64,000 nucleotides of DNA. It comes from Deltaproteobacteria bacterium. Its GTDB lineage: Bacteria; Desulfobacterota; DSM-4660; Desulfatiglandales; HGW-15. The stretch is taken from positions 15,063-79,062 of the forward strand of contig JAFGFM010000094.1 in NCBI GenBank assembly GCA_016931115.1. Direction: 5' to 3'. A program made the position numbers and the translations under genes. Of this stretch, positions 17,565 through 26,660 are shown in pieces; the first letter of the stretch is position 1, and each line of letters starts with the position of its first letter. The notes below the pieces were generated by a model. The model was given only the letters and a program-made list of their open reading frames with translations. It did no database searches and was not told where the DNA came from.

Positions 17565-18743
17565 ATGACAGAGAGCACACAAATAAAGGCAGCGGTTTTG
17601 ATACCTGTCTATAATAACCCTGAAACCATAAGGGATGTTACAGCAAAGACCCTGATGTTTCATCCAAATGTTATTGTGGTTGATGATGGAAGCGATACTG
17701 AGGTCTCGGGTTTAATATCGGGTCTTGATGTTGCAGTTTTGCGTCATCCACAGAACATGGGAAAGGGTTCAGCAATTCTTAAAGGTGCTGCAATGGCCCG
17801 AAGCATGGGGTTTACACATATTATTACCATTGATGCAGATGGTCAGCATGACCCATCCGATATTCCGAAAATGTTATCCGCGATTGAAAAAACCCCTGAT
17901 TCTATTATTGTTGGAAAACGCAATTTCTCTAATGCAGATGTGCCACGATCATCTGTATTCGGCAGGGGTTTTTCAAATTTCTGGCTCAGGGTGCAGACAG
18001 GAAGGTCGGTTGGTGACAGCCAGAGCGGGTTCAGGGCATACCCTCTCTATCTGCTTAATGAACTAAAACTGAGTGAAAGACATTATTCATTTGAGGTTGA
18101 GGTACTGGTAAAGGCGATATGGGCAGGGGTTAATGTTATCGATGTGGACGTAACGGTCTATTATCCGCCGGGTGATAAAAGGGTTACACACTTTAAGGCC
18201 TTCAGGGATAACCTGCGCATCAGCATCCTGAACACCAAACTTACCATGAGGTCTGTACTTCCCTGGCCCCATCGCAAGATTGTTTTTGATATTATAAAAA
18301 ACAGGAGCGTCTCTATATGGCACCCTGTAAAATCTATAAGGAGACTGCTTACTGAAAATGCCACCCCTCACAAGATCGCCATTGCAGGGGGTATCGGGGT
18401 CTTTCTGGGTGCGCTCCCTCTTATTGCCTGTCACATGATTGTTATCATTATGGTTACCTCTTTTTTCAGGCTGAACAAGGTTGTTGCGCTTAGCTCCAGC
18501 CAGCTGTGTATGCCCCCCTTTATGCCTGCTATATGTATTGAGGCCGGATATTTTATGAGAAACTGGAGTTTTCTTACTGAAATATCTATTGAGACCATAG
18601 GATATCAGGCAATTGACAGGCTTTATGAATGGCTGATCGGCTCACTTATTGTCGGCCCTGTTGCAGGTATAATAACAGGGCTTATCCTGTTTCTTATGGC
18701 CATTGTAATCAGGAAAGGTACAGATGGGATTGCACGGAAGTGA
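17565..18743 (+). CDS. family 2 glycosyltransferase fused to a C-terminal membrane (DUF2062-like) domain
   Basis: VLIPVYNNPETI, VVDDGSDT and TIDADGQHDP (DxD) GT2 motifs. Hydrophobic C-terminal third. Confidence 0.85.
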   Translation: MTESTQIKAAVLIPVYNNPETIRDVTAKTLMFHPNVIVVDDGSDTEVSGLISGLDVAVLRHPQNMGKGSAILKGAAMARSMGFTHIITIDADGQHDPSDIPKMLSAIEKTPDSIIVGKRNFSNADVPRSSVFGRGFSNFWLRVQTGRSVGDSQSGFRAYPLYLLNELKLSERHYSFEVEVLVKAIWAGVNVIDVDVTVYYPPGDKRVTHFKAFRDNLRISILNTKLTMRSVLPWPHRKIVFDIIKNRSVSIWHPVKSIRRLLTENATPHKIAIAGGIGVFLGALPLIACHMIVIIMVTSFFRLNKVVALSSSQLCMPPFMPAICIEAGYFMRNWSFLTEISIETIGYQAIDRLYEWLIGSLIVGPVAGIITGLILFLMAIVIRKGTDGIARK

Positions 18744-19659
18744 AAAAAATACTGAAGATAAAAGGATATGGACAAGCCGCAGTATTGGTTCTTATATACA
18801 GCACCAGTTTTTTTATGCGCTGATAAGAATAGGCGGGAGAAGACTGGCCTATTTCTTTTTATATTTTATACTGGCATATTATGTCCTGATGAGGCCATCG
18901 GTCAGACGCAGATGTTACTTTTATCTTTCACACAGGTTTCCGGGTGAATCTTCCTTAAAGAGAATAGCTCACGGTTATCGACTCTACCTTAATTTTGGTA
19001 TGGTGCTGATTGACCGTGCAATTATCGGTATACTTGGAAACGAAATGATGTCAGTTTCTTTTAATCAGAGGGAGAGCCTTAAAAATCTTGTCTCTGAAGG
19101 CAAAGGGGTAATATTCCTTATGGCCCATGCCGGATGCTGGCAGGTCGCCCTCTCTGCCCTGGGCTATCTCAAAACACGTGTTAACATGGTCATAAGGAGA
19201 GAAGAGGGAGATATTGACAGGCATTATTTTGAGCACCAGTCTAACGATACGCCTTTCAACATAATAGATCCTGAAGGGTATCTTGGCGGGACCATTGAGA
19301 TGATAAATGCCCTGAAAAACGGTGAGATAGTCTCCATTATGGGTGATCGTATTTTCGGGAGCCTGAAAAATACAGTGCATGTTGATTTCATGGGGGAAAA
19401 GGCCCTGTTTCCTTTCAGCGCATTCAAGGTTGCCTCAGCAACAGGCTCTCCTATCGCCCTTCTTTTTACACATAAAAATGGAGCAGATCATTTTGTGCTT
19501 GATCTTGCAAAGGTGATTCATGTGCCTGAAGGGCTGGGCAGGTCAGGGGAAGGATATCTGCCCTATGTAATAGAGTTTGTAAAAATTCTTGAAGGCTATG
19601 CTGAGACGCATCCATTTCAGTTTTTTAATTTTTATGATATGTGGAGGCCCTCTCCATAA
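18724..19659 (+). CDS. LpxL/HtrB-family lipid acyltransferase
   Basis: N-terminal membrane anchor. MAHAGCWQVA resembles the HxGNWE acyltransferase motif. 311 aa. 20-nt overlap with the GT2 gene. Confidence 0.7.
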   Translation: MGLHGSEKNTEDKRIWTSRSIGSYIQHQFFYALIRIGGRRLAYFFLYFILAYYVLMRPSVRRRCYFYLSHRFPGESSLKRIAHGYRLYLNFGMVLIDRAIIGILGNEMMSVSFNQRESLKNLVSEGKGVIFLMAHAGCWQVALSALGYLKTRVNMVIRREEGDIDRHYFEHQSNDTPFNIIDPEGYLGGTIEMINALKNGEIVSIMGDRIFGSLKNTVHVDFMGEKALFPFSAFKVASATGSPIALLFTHKNGADHFVLDLAKVIHVPEGLGRSGEGYLPYVIEFVKILEGYAETHPFQFFNFYDMWRPSP

Positions 19660-19760
19660 TCGGCCTTTATTCTATATTTGCTTGATTTATTACATTAATC
19701 GGAATAGTTAATAACTTTAAAATAACTGGTATTAAATACTCACCGCGAGGAGTCAAACGA

Positions 19761-20018
19761 ATGACAATTAATATGGAAGAGCTGAAGGAGATAATTATAA
19801 AAGAACTTTTTCTTGAGGATATCACCCCGGGGGATATTGATGACAACGCACCCCTTTTCGGAGGGGGATTGGGTCTTGATTCCCTTGATGCAGTTGAACT
19901 GGTAGTTATCATTCAGAAACACTTTAATGTAGAAATAAAGGATATGGATGAGGGAAGGGTTGCATTTGAATCAATTAAATCACTTGCTTCGTTTATTGAG
20001 GAACATCAGAAATCATGA
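19761..20018 (+). CDS. acyl carrier protein (ACP-2)
   Basis: GLGLDSLDAVELV phosphopantetheine site. 85 aa. gaggag RBS 9 nt upstream. Confidence 0.85.
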   Translation: MTINMEELKEIIIKELFLEDITPGDIDDNAPLFGGGLGLDSLDAVELVVIIQKHFNVEIKDMDEGRVAFESIKSLASFIEEHQKS

Positions 20019-21214
20019 ACCGTGGCGCACCTGTTGCAATAACTGGAACAGGCTGTCTGAGCGCATCAGGGGAATCCCTGATGCAGAACATGAAAACTGT
20101 TTTTTCAGGTAAAAGGGCTCCTGGTAAGCCAGGGGCCTTTTCCTCTTCCCATCCAGTGATCTACCCGGTTTTTGAAATAAAATATCCTATTCCCCATATA
20201 AATGATCAGCATAAAAAATATCTCTCCAGGACAGCCCAACTGGCGCTGGCAGCCGCTGCTGAGGCCATTATGGATGCAGGGCTTGACACTGAGGCAATGA
20301 ATGGTCTCAGGGTCGGTGTATGCATGGGTACCACTGTAGGCAGTACAATGAATGATGAAAAGTTTTACAGGGATTTTAAAAACAGGCTTGAACCTGATAT
20401 GTCTGCCATAAGCCGATATCTTAATAGCAACCCCTCTTCGGTTATCTCTAAAGAGTATTCCCTTAAAGGGCCGTGCCAGACCATTGTAAATGCCTGTTCT
20501 TCCGGCACAGATGCTATTGGCATAGGTGCATCATGGATAAGGAGTGGTATATGTGACATTGTTATCGCAGGAGGCGCTGACGAGCTTAGCCGCATCTCAT
20601 ATAACGGGTTTATATCCCTGATGATTACTGATTCAGATCCATGCAGGCCATTTGACAAAAACCGCAAAGGCCTTAATCTGGGCGAAGGGGCAGGATTGGT
20701 GGTGCTTGAAAGTGAGTATTCACTCAAAAGACGCAATAAAAGGGCAAAAGCATTTGTCATTGGATATGGTTCTGCCAGTGACGGGTATCATCTTACTGCA
20801 CCACACCCGGAGGGAAGGGGTTTAAAAAGGGCCATTGCAGATGCATTTATTGAGAGTGGGAAAAAGGCCAGTGATATAGGCTTTATAAATGCACACGGGA
20901 CAGCAACACCTGAAAATGACCTGGCTGAGGCCAGGGTGCTGAGGGAAATATTCAGCGGTATACCTTTTCTCTCTACAAAGGGGTATACAGGCCACACACT
21001 TGGTGCAGCAGGGGCCATTGAGGCGGTATATACAGTGGCATCCCTTGAGGCAGGCCAGATCCCTGTCAGTGCTGGATTCTCAGAAATCGATCCTTATGCA
21101 GCCATTTCACCTGTGACTGAAAATACCGGTATAAGTCTCAAAACAGCCCTGTCAGAATCACTGGCATTTGGCGGGCAGAATGCAGTACTGATCCTGACCA
21201 CAGAAGGGATTTAG
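20015..21214 (+). CDS. beta-ketoacyl-ACP synthase (KS-4, Cys-His-His)
   Basis: VNACSSGTDAIG Cys, HGTATPEND and GHTLGAAGAIEA His motifs. ATGA overlap with the ACP-2 stop. Confidence 0.9.
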   Translation: MNRGAPVAITGTGCLSASGESLMQNMKTVFSGKRAPGKPGAFSSSHPVIYPVFEIKYPIPHINDQHKKYLSRTAQLALAAAAEAIMDAGLDTEAMNGLRVGVCMGTTVGSTMNDEKFYRDFKNRLEPDMSAISRYLNSNPSSVISKEYSLKGPCQTIVNACSSGTDAIGIGASWIRSGICDIVIAGGADELSRISYNGFISLMITDSDPCRPFDKNRKGLNLGEGAGLVVLESEYSLKRRNKRAKAFVIGYGSASDGYHLTAPHPEGRGLKRAIADAFIESGKKASDIGFINAHGTATPENDLAEARVLREIFSGIPFLSTKGYTGHTLGAAGAIEAVYTVASLEAGQIPVSAGFSEIDPYAAISPVTENTGISLKTALSESLAFGGQNAVLILTTEGI

Positions 21215-21215
21215 A

Positions 21216-22292
21216 ATGAAGATATATATCAATGGAACAGGTATTGCCGGGGGATTTGGTTGCGGTTCAAATGTGCTTTTGAATCGGCTCCATACAGGTG
21301 TTGCATGTGAGCCATCTTCACAGGATGGATATTATCCTGCCTTTCATGCTGATATCTCCTCTCTGTATGATTTTGTTCCAAAAAAGTCATTAAGAAGGAT
21401 AGACCATTTTTCACAGCTTGCCCTTACAGGTGCATATCTGACGTTTAATGAGGCTGGGCAGGATTCATTTGATAAAATGGCGACCGGCCTTGTTCTATGT
21501 TCAGGATATGGTTCAGCCAAAACAACCTTCTCCTTTCTTGATTCCATTATTGATTCTGGTGATATCTGTGCATCCCCAACTCTCTTTTCAAACTCGGTAC
21601 ATAATGCTGCTGCGGGGCACATCTCCATGATGCTTGGCATTGAAGGCCCATGCCTGACTGTCAGCCAGTTTGAGATATCTGTTTATTCAGGGCTGCTTAG
21701 CGCCATTCAATGGCTTCGTGAAGAGAGGGTGGGGCAGGTGCTTTTTGGTGCGGTTGATGAATATTTTGATGTTTTGGGCTACTGCTATCAGCGCAGGTAT
21801 GGAAGGAATAGCAATATCTCCATGTCACCACTTGCACCAGGGATTCAAAGCGCTGTGCCTGGCGAAGGGGCTGCATTTTTTCTGCTATCCCGTGACAAGG
21901 CAACAAACTGTTATGGGGCAATCACCTCTGTTAATACCGGCAGCGTAAAAGACTTTGATGACATCCTTCCTGAAGAGAGTTTTTATATCCTGAATGCAGA
22001 CGGGCATATTGAATCTGACAAAAATTACTCTAAAATTATACCAGAGGGCTCTCTGGTCTCATGCTATACCCCTTATTATGGCTCTATACCGACCGGGCCC
22101 GCCTTTGATATGGCAATAGCAGCCCTTTCACTAAGAGAGGGGCGGATTTTTCCCGTGCCGGTAAATGTGATACGCCCTGATAACTATCGAATTCCGGTAC
22201 AAGAGAGTACATTGAATCAAGGAAATATCTCATGTGTAAAGGCAGGAGTAAAGGGTGAATTCAGTATTATAACCCTGTCACACCCCGGCTGA
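21216..22292 (+). CDS. KS-like protein lacking active-site Cys (chain-length-factor-like partner, long form)
   Basis: Thiolase-fold length of 358 aa. The position of the ACSS motif reads TVSQFEISVYSG with no Cys. Starts 1 nt after the KS-4 stop. Confidence 0.7.
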   Translation: MKIYINGTGIAGGFGCGSNVLLNRLHTGVACEPSSQDGYYPAFHADISSLYDFVPKKSLRRIDHFSQLALTGAYLTFNEAGQDSFDKMATGLVLCSGYGSAKTTFSFLDSIIDSGDICASPTLFSNSVHNAAAGHISMMLGIEGPCLTVSQFEISVYSGLLSAIQWLREERVGQVLFGAVDEYFDVLGYCYQRRYGRNSNISMSPLAPGIQSAVPGEGAAFFLLSRDKATNCYGAITSVNTGSVKDFDDILPEESFYILNADGHIESDKNYSKIIPEGSLVSCYTPYYGSIPTGPAFDMAIAALSLREGRIFPVPVNVIRPDNYRIPVQESTLNQGNISCVKAGVKGEFSIITLSHPG

Positions 22293-22412
22293 TTATATAT
22301 GGCTATTCCCTGTATAAAATAGGTTTATGAATGTATCAGTAAAAAAGTTGCAGGTATTAATTCTGCCGGTAATGGCTTTAAAATATGATGGATGTATAAA
22401 CATGGAGGGGAG

Positions 22413-22988
22413 ATGAAGAGGATATATAGATTAATGATCACAGTATTGTTTATATCATCCATAAGCCAAGGTATGATATATGCCATCGAAAAGGAGCCAG
22501 GATATCTCCCTGAACGATATGGGATGGGGATAACCGCGGGCAACAGCTATAACCTGTCCGGAGATATAGGTTTTTATACGCTCACAGGATTTATACTGTA
22601 TGATTATGACAGGGTCTGGAAACACAATGCCCCTGAACAGCTCATGTTCAAGGTGGAGGGGAACCTTGGCATTGCCCATTATAAAAGGACATGCGCAACC
22701 CTTTCTGCAAATATATTTGCACTGTACTACCTTGATTCGTTTGAGGGTAAAACATTTAAACCATATGTTGAAGGCGGTATTGGTATCATATATACAGATT
22801 TTCAGGTCCCGGGGCAGGGGATGAGGGTAAATTTCAATCCGCAGCTTGGTATTGGCGCTGAGATAAAAACAGGGTCAGAAAAGGCCTTTTATATGGCCCT
22901 GAGGCTCCATCATATATCAAACGGTGGCCTTGATGATGAAAACAGGGGTATTAATTCAGTCATGGGTATGTTCGGGTTTTATTTTTAG
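22413..22988 (+). CDS. PagL-like lipid A deacylase / acyloxyacyl hydrolase outer-membrane barrel
   Basis: Signal peptide. C-terminal LRLHHISNGGLDDENRGINSVMGMFGFYF carries the His-x-Ser catalytic motif and a terminal Phe. ggagggg RBS before ATG 22413. Confidence 0.65.
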   Translation: MKRIYRLMITVLFISSISQGMIYAIEKEPGYLPERYGMGITAGNSYNLSGDIGFYTLTGFILYDYDRVWKHNAPEQLMFKVEGNLGIAHYKRTCATLSANIFALYYLDSFEGKTFKPYVEGGIGIIYTDFQVPGQGMRVNFNPQLGIGAEIKTGSEKAFYMALRLHHISNGGLDDENRGINSVMGMFGFYF

Positions 22989-23032
22989 GGATTTAATAAA
23001 TTTAAAATAAACAATTTTATAAGGAGGATACT

Positions 23033-23605
23033 ATGTTTAAAAAAATAGTTGGTGCAACAATATTGACAGCAGCACTTTTTATGAACCCTTTAATTTCTGA
23101 GGCCAAGAAAGATTTTATCATGGAAGGCCCGGTTTATATGAAGGTAAACATCCATTACCAGAATAATGGGAAGGACAGTAAGGCAAGTTATGCAAATTAT
23201 ACCAACCCTGGTGCAGGTCATAAAATAGTTACTGTAAATACACCTGTTCAGATAAAAAGCTGGAAGAGGAAGGGTTTTATTATTGTTAATACAGAAACAA
23301 ATGAAGAGATATATTTTGAATATAGCGAAGAGCGCATGCAGATGACTGCTGAGGAGTATCTCAATAAGATAACATCACCAGCAAAGGTGGATCTTTCAAA
23401 ACTTTCTGAAAAGGACTTGAAGGGAATAAAAGAGGGGGTTGCTTCTGCAGGTATGACAAAAGATGGTGTCATGATGGCCCTTGGATATCCTGCAACACAC
23501 AGGACTCCATCACTTGAAAGTAACACATGGGTATACTGGAGCAATCGTTTTAAAACTATTGCTGTGACGTTTGATGATAAAGGCATTGTAACAGCCATTC
23601 AGTAA
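23033..23605 (+). CDS. secreted protein with BamE/SmpA-OmlA-like C-terminal domain
   Basis: Signal peptide MFKKIVGATILTAALFMNPLISEA. GMTKDGVMMALGYPATH...WVYW resembles the BamE fold signature. aaggagg RBS. Confidence 0.45.
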   Translation: MFKKIVGATILTAALFMNPLISEAKKDFIMEGPVYMKVNIHYQNNGKDSKASYANYTNPGAGHKIVTVNTPVQIKSWKRKGFIIVNTETNEEIYFEYSEERMQMTAEEYLNKITSPAKVDLSKLSEKDLKGIKEGVASAGMTKDGVMMALGYPATHRTPSLESNTWVYWSNRFKTIAVTFDDKGIVTAIQ

Positions 23606-23618
23606 TAAAAACTTTTAT

Positions 23619-23660
23619 AATATCCTCTCAGTGATACTTTTTAATCAATGAGAGGATATT
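23619..23660 (+). terminator. terminator-like hairpin
   Basis: aatatcctctca ... tgagaggatatt, a 12-bp stem with an 18-nt loop followed by a T-rich tract, 14 nt after stop 23605. Confidence 0.4.
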
Positions 23661-23687
23661 TATTAACACCATGTTATACAGATAAAT

Positions 23688-24896
23688 ATGAAACTCCTGA
23701 TTATACCAGGCAACAATTCCCTTTCTCATGGATTAAAAAGTATATTGATCCAGCAGAATCTTAATCTGTATGGTCATGAATCCCTGATCGCCATCTGCGC
23801 TGATAAAGCGGAGTTTTATAAAGAGTATAAAGCCTCATATCATGTTATACCTGATATACAGGAGGTTGACTGCTCAGCATATCCTACTATCAACTGGTTC
23901 AGGGATCGAGAGCATATCATCAGGTGCATTAATGCAGAAAATTCTCTTATCGAAAAATATAAACCTGACCGTGTTCTGGGGGTTTTCCGTTTTACACTGA
24001 AGGCGGCCTCATCAATCTGCAATATCCCATATGACTCTCTTGCCTGCGGTTGTATGCTCCCTCATATTTCAGGAGCCCTTGGCTTTCATAATGATGCAGA
24101 TGATCCAGAAAATAACAGGGCTTTTATCAACATGTTTTTCAGGGCCTCAGGCATGAAGATGAACAGGGCATTATCCATGCTGGGAATTAAACCGGTAGAT
24201 GATATCAGGGATATGCTTGTTGGTGAAAGGACATTTTTATGGGATTTCCCGGAGTTTATGCCCCTGCCCGAAAAAAAGGGTTTTATTCATGTAGGGCCTT
24301 TATCATGGAATAAAGGGAAATATAAAGATATGGATTTGAATCTTTCTGCTAACGATTCAAAACCTCTGGCAGTCATGGCCTTTGGAACCTGCAATGGCAA
24401 CATCGCCCAAATGATCAGATTAAAAGATATACTTTGCAAAATAGGGTACAAGGTAATTGTAGCCGCAGGTGGTCAGGAAAAACTCTACTCATTATTCAAG
24501 AATGATTCAGATGTAAACAGTTATTTATTTGCACCCATTGATAAAATTCTCCCGCATGCCTCTCTGGTTGTATGCCATGGCGGGCAGATGACGATATTTG
24601 AAGCCCTGGCAAATGGGGTTCCAGTAGCGGTAATCCCTTTTCATCCTGAGCAGGCCCATAATGGCATATGTCTAGAAAGGATAGGGTGTGGTCGTATGCT
24701 GACACCTGTATGCCGTTTTGTTGGTAACCCTTCTGTGTATGAAGATGCCTTTGAAAAAAGCTGTAATGATAGCATAAAGGCAAAGATTATTGACTTTGTG
24801 GAAAACCCTGACACAATAAAAAATCTGAAAAGGTTTAAGGGTATCCTCTCAGGGTATAATGGTATTGAAACACTAACTGCTCATCTCGGTCAATAG
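23688..24896 (+). CDS. family 1 glycosyltransferase (MGT/UDP-glycosyltransferase type)
   Basis: C-terminal nucleotide-sugar motif VCHGGQMTIFEALANGVPVAVIPFHPEQAHNG. 402 aa. Confidence 0.8.
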   Translation: MKLLIIPGNNSLSHGLKSILIQQNLNLYGHESLIAICADKAEFYKEYKASYHVIPDIQEVDCSAYPTINWFRDREHIIRCINAENSLIEKYKPDRVLGVFRFTLKAASSICNIPYDSLACGCMLPHISGALGFHNDADDPENNRAFINMFFRASGMKMNRALSMLGIKPVDDIRDMLVGERTFLWDFPEFMPLPEKKGFIHVGPLSWNKGKYKDMDLNLSANDSKPLAVMAFGTCNGNIAQMIRLKDILCKIGYKVIVAAGGQEKLYSLFKNDSDVNSYLFAPIDKILPHASLVVCHGGQMTIFEALANGVPVAVIPFHPEQAHNGICLERIGCGRMLTPVCRFVGNPSVYEDAFEKSCNDSIKAKIIDFVENPDTIKNLKRFKGILSGYNGIETLTAHLGQ

Positions 24897-24897
24897 A

Positions 24898-26652
24898 ATG
24901 AAAACCGGTATTCTACTTATCCATGGTTTTTCAGGGTCATATAATGACTTTAAACCCCTTGCTGAACTACTTGTAAATATATATGGAGCCGACTCAGTAA
25001 AAAATATCTCGCTTCCTGGCCATATTGGAGGAGATGTATTTGAATTTGATGAAGAAAAATTCATTGAATACATCTCAATGGGGATATCTTCTTTCAGAAA
25101 ACAAAACAGAAGAATCGCAATAATAGGGCATTCCACTGGTGGTAATCTGGCGCTATCTTTTATTCACAGAGATCATTATTTCCCTGACCTGCTGATACTT
25201 GCAGGAACCCCATATATTATTGACAGCAGCGCATATAATAGATGGATTGATCACAGAAAAGACAGGATAGAGATACCGTTTTCGAGTGTTGCTGGAATGG
25301 TTTCCATGATTAATCGGACTGCGAGGCAGAGTTATGATTGTTCGGACAAAAATCTAATTTTATTGACAGGCGAAAAGGATAAGCTTGTATTACCTTCAGA
25401 TGCATTCTCATGGAAAACAAAATTTCACAATGCAAAAACACACCTTGTTATTGCACCGCAAGCAGGACATGACATATTCAATGGTTCTGTCAATTCATAT
25501 TCAATTGATATTGTAATGCGTGCCATCGCAGATATATATGATAACTGTAATTATGATATTTCTAAACTTGTATCTGTAGAACCTGATGCACAGGAATTTA
25601 TTCAGTCCAGCCCTTTTTCAAAAAAACACCTTAACATCAGCCCGGGAGTAAAAGTACTTACCGGATCACACACAGAGCTTAATCCTGCACCTGTAAATGA
25701 TCCTCTTTTTGCAAATATTGAAATCACCACAAGGTGTAATTTCAGGTGTAAATACTGTGCAAGGGCTTTTATTAACAAAGAGGGTGCGGATATGGACATG
25801 GAGACCTATAAAAGAATCCTTGACCTGTTACCCCATGCATACAGGGTTACCCTTGTAGGTCTTGGTGAGCCGATATTACATCCCCGGATAACTGAGTTTA
25901 TAGAAATTGCCAAATCATTGAAAAGAAGGGTAGGGCTTGTAACCAATGCCAGCCTGATGGATGGTATCATCTCAAAGGAGTTAATTTCAGCAGGCCTTGA
26001 TTCAATCGCATTCAGTATTGATACTGTAAACCAGGATGCAGCCTCATCTGTCCGAAACGGGACAGATGTTGAAAAGATAATTATCAACATAAGGCGGTTT
26101 GTTGAGATAGCCGGTTCAGGTCGTCCAATAGCAAAGGCGGTATTTACTGCTTTATCAGCGGAAACCATTCCCTATTTTCATGAACTTATAAACACTGTAT
26201 CCACCCTGGGTGTTGATATCATGATGCTGACGGATCTGAATTTTACACATAATTTAAAGGATGCCATTTGGCAAACTGCTGATAATGAACTGGTCAAGTA
26301 TATCAGGAACGGTGTTAAAAATGCCTTTAAAAATAATCTTCCGGTTCTGTCGGTTCATGCCCTTGAGGAGTTCGGGTTGAGACAAAGGTACAAGGATTTT
26401 CTGTTGCTGCCTCCTGACCAGCTCTTCCACCGATCAGCTAGGCGGCAATACTGCCTTTCTCCCTGGCAGACCGTGCCTGTTGATGTTAATGGAAATATAA
26501 CAATGTGCGACTGTCAGCCTGAAAACAGGGTTGGTAATATACTTACTGATCCATTTAATAAAATCTGGCGGGGTGACTTAATGGCAGCTTATCGTAAAAG
26601 AATGATAAGCGATGATCCTCCTGATGCATGCAGGATATGCCCGAGGTTTTAA
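24898..26652 (+). CDS. fusion protein: N-terminal alpha/beta hydrolase + C-terminal radical SAM with SPASM/twitch-like Cys-rich tail
   Basis: ILLIHGFSGS and nucleophile elbow IIGHSTGG (aa 1-200). EITTRCNFRCKYCAR CX3CX2C (about aa 275). C-terminal CLSPWQ...MCDCQ...CRICP. Starts 1 nt after the GT1 stop. Confidence 0.8.
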   Translation: MKTGILLIHGFSGSYNDFKPLAELLVNIYGADSVKNISLPGHIGGDVFEFDEEKFIEYISMGISSFRKQNRRIAIIGHSTGGNLALSFIHRDHYFPDLLILAGTPYIIDSSAYNRWIDHRKDRIEIPFSSVAGMVSMINRTARQSYDCSDKNLILLTGEKDKLVLPSDAFSWKTKFHNAKTHLVIAPQAGHDIFNGSVNSYSIDIVMRAIADIYDNCNYDISKLVSVEPDAQEFIQSSPFSKKHLNISPGVKVLTGSHTELNPAPVNDPLFANIEITTRCNFRCKYCARAFINKEGADMDMETYKRILDLLPHAYRVTLVGLGEPILHPRITEFIEIAKSLKRRVGLVTNASLMDGIISKELISAGLDSIAFSIDTVNQDAASSVRNGTDVEKIIINIRRFVEIAGSGRPIAKAVFTALSAETIPYFHELINTVSTLGVDIMMLTDLNFTHNLKDAIWQTADNELVKYIRNGVKNAFKNNLPVLSVHALEEFGLRQRYKDFLLLPPDQLFHRSARRQYCLSPWQTVPVDVNGNITMCDCQPENRVGNILTDPFNKIWRGDLMAAYRKRMISDDPPDACRICPRF

Positions 26653-26660
26653 GCCTTACG

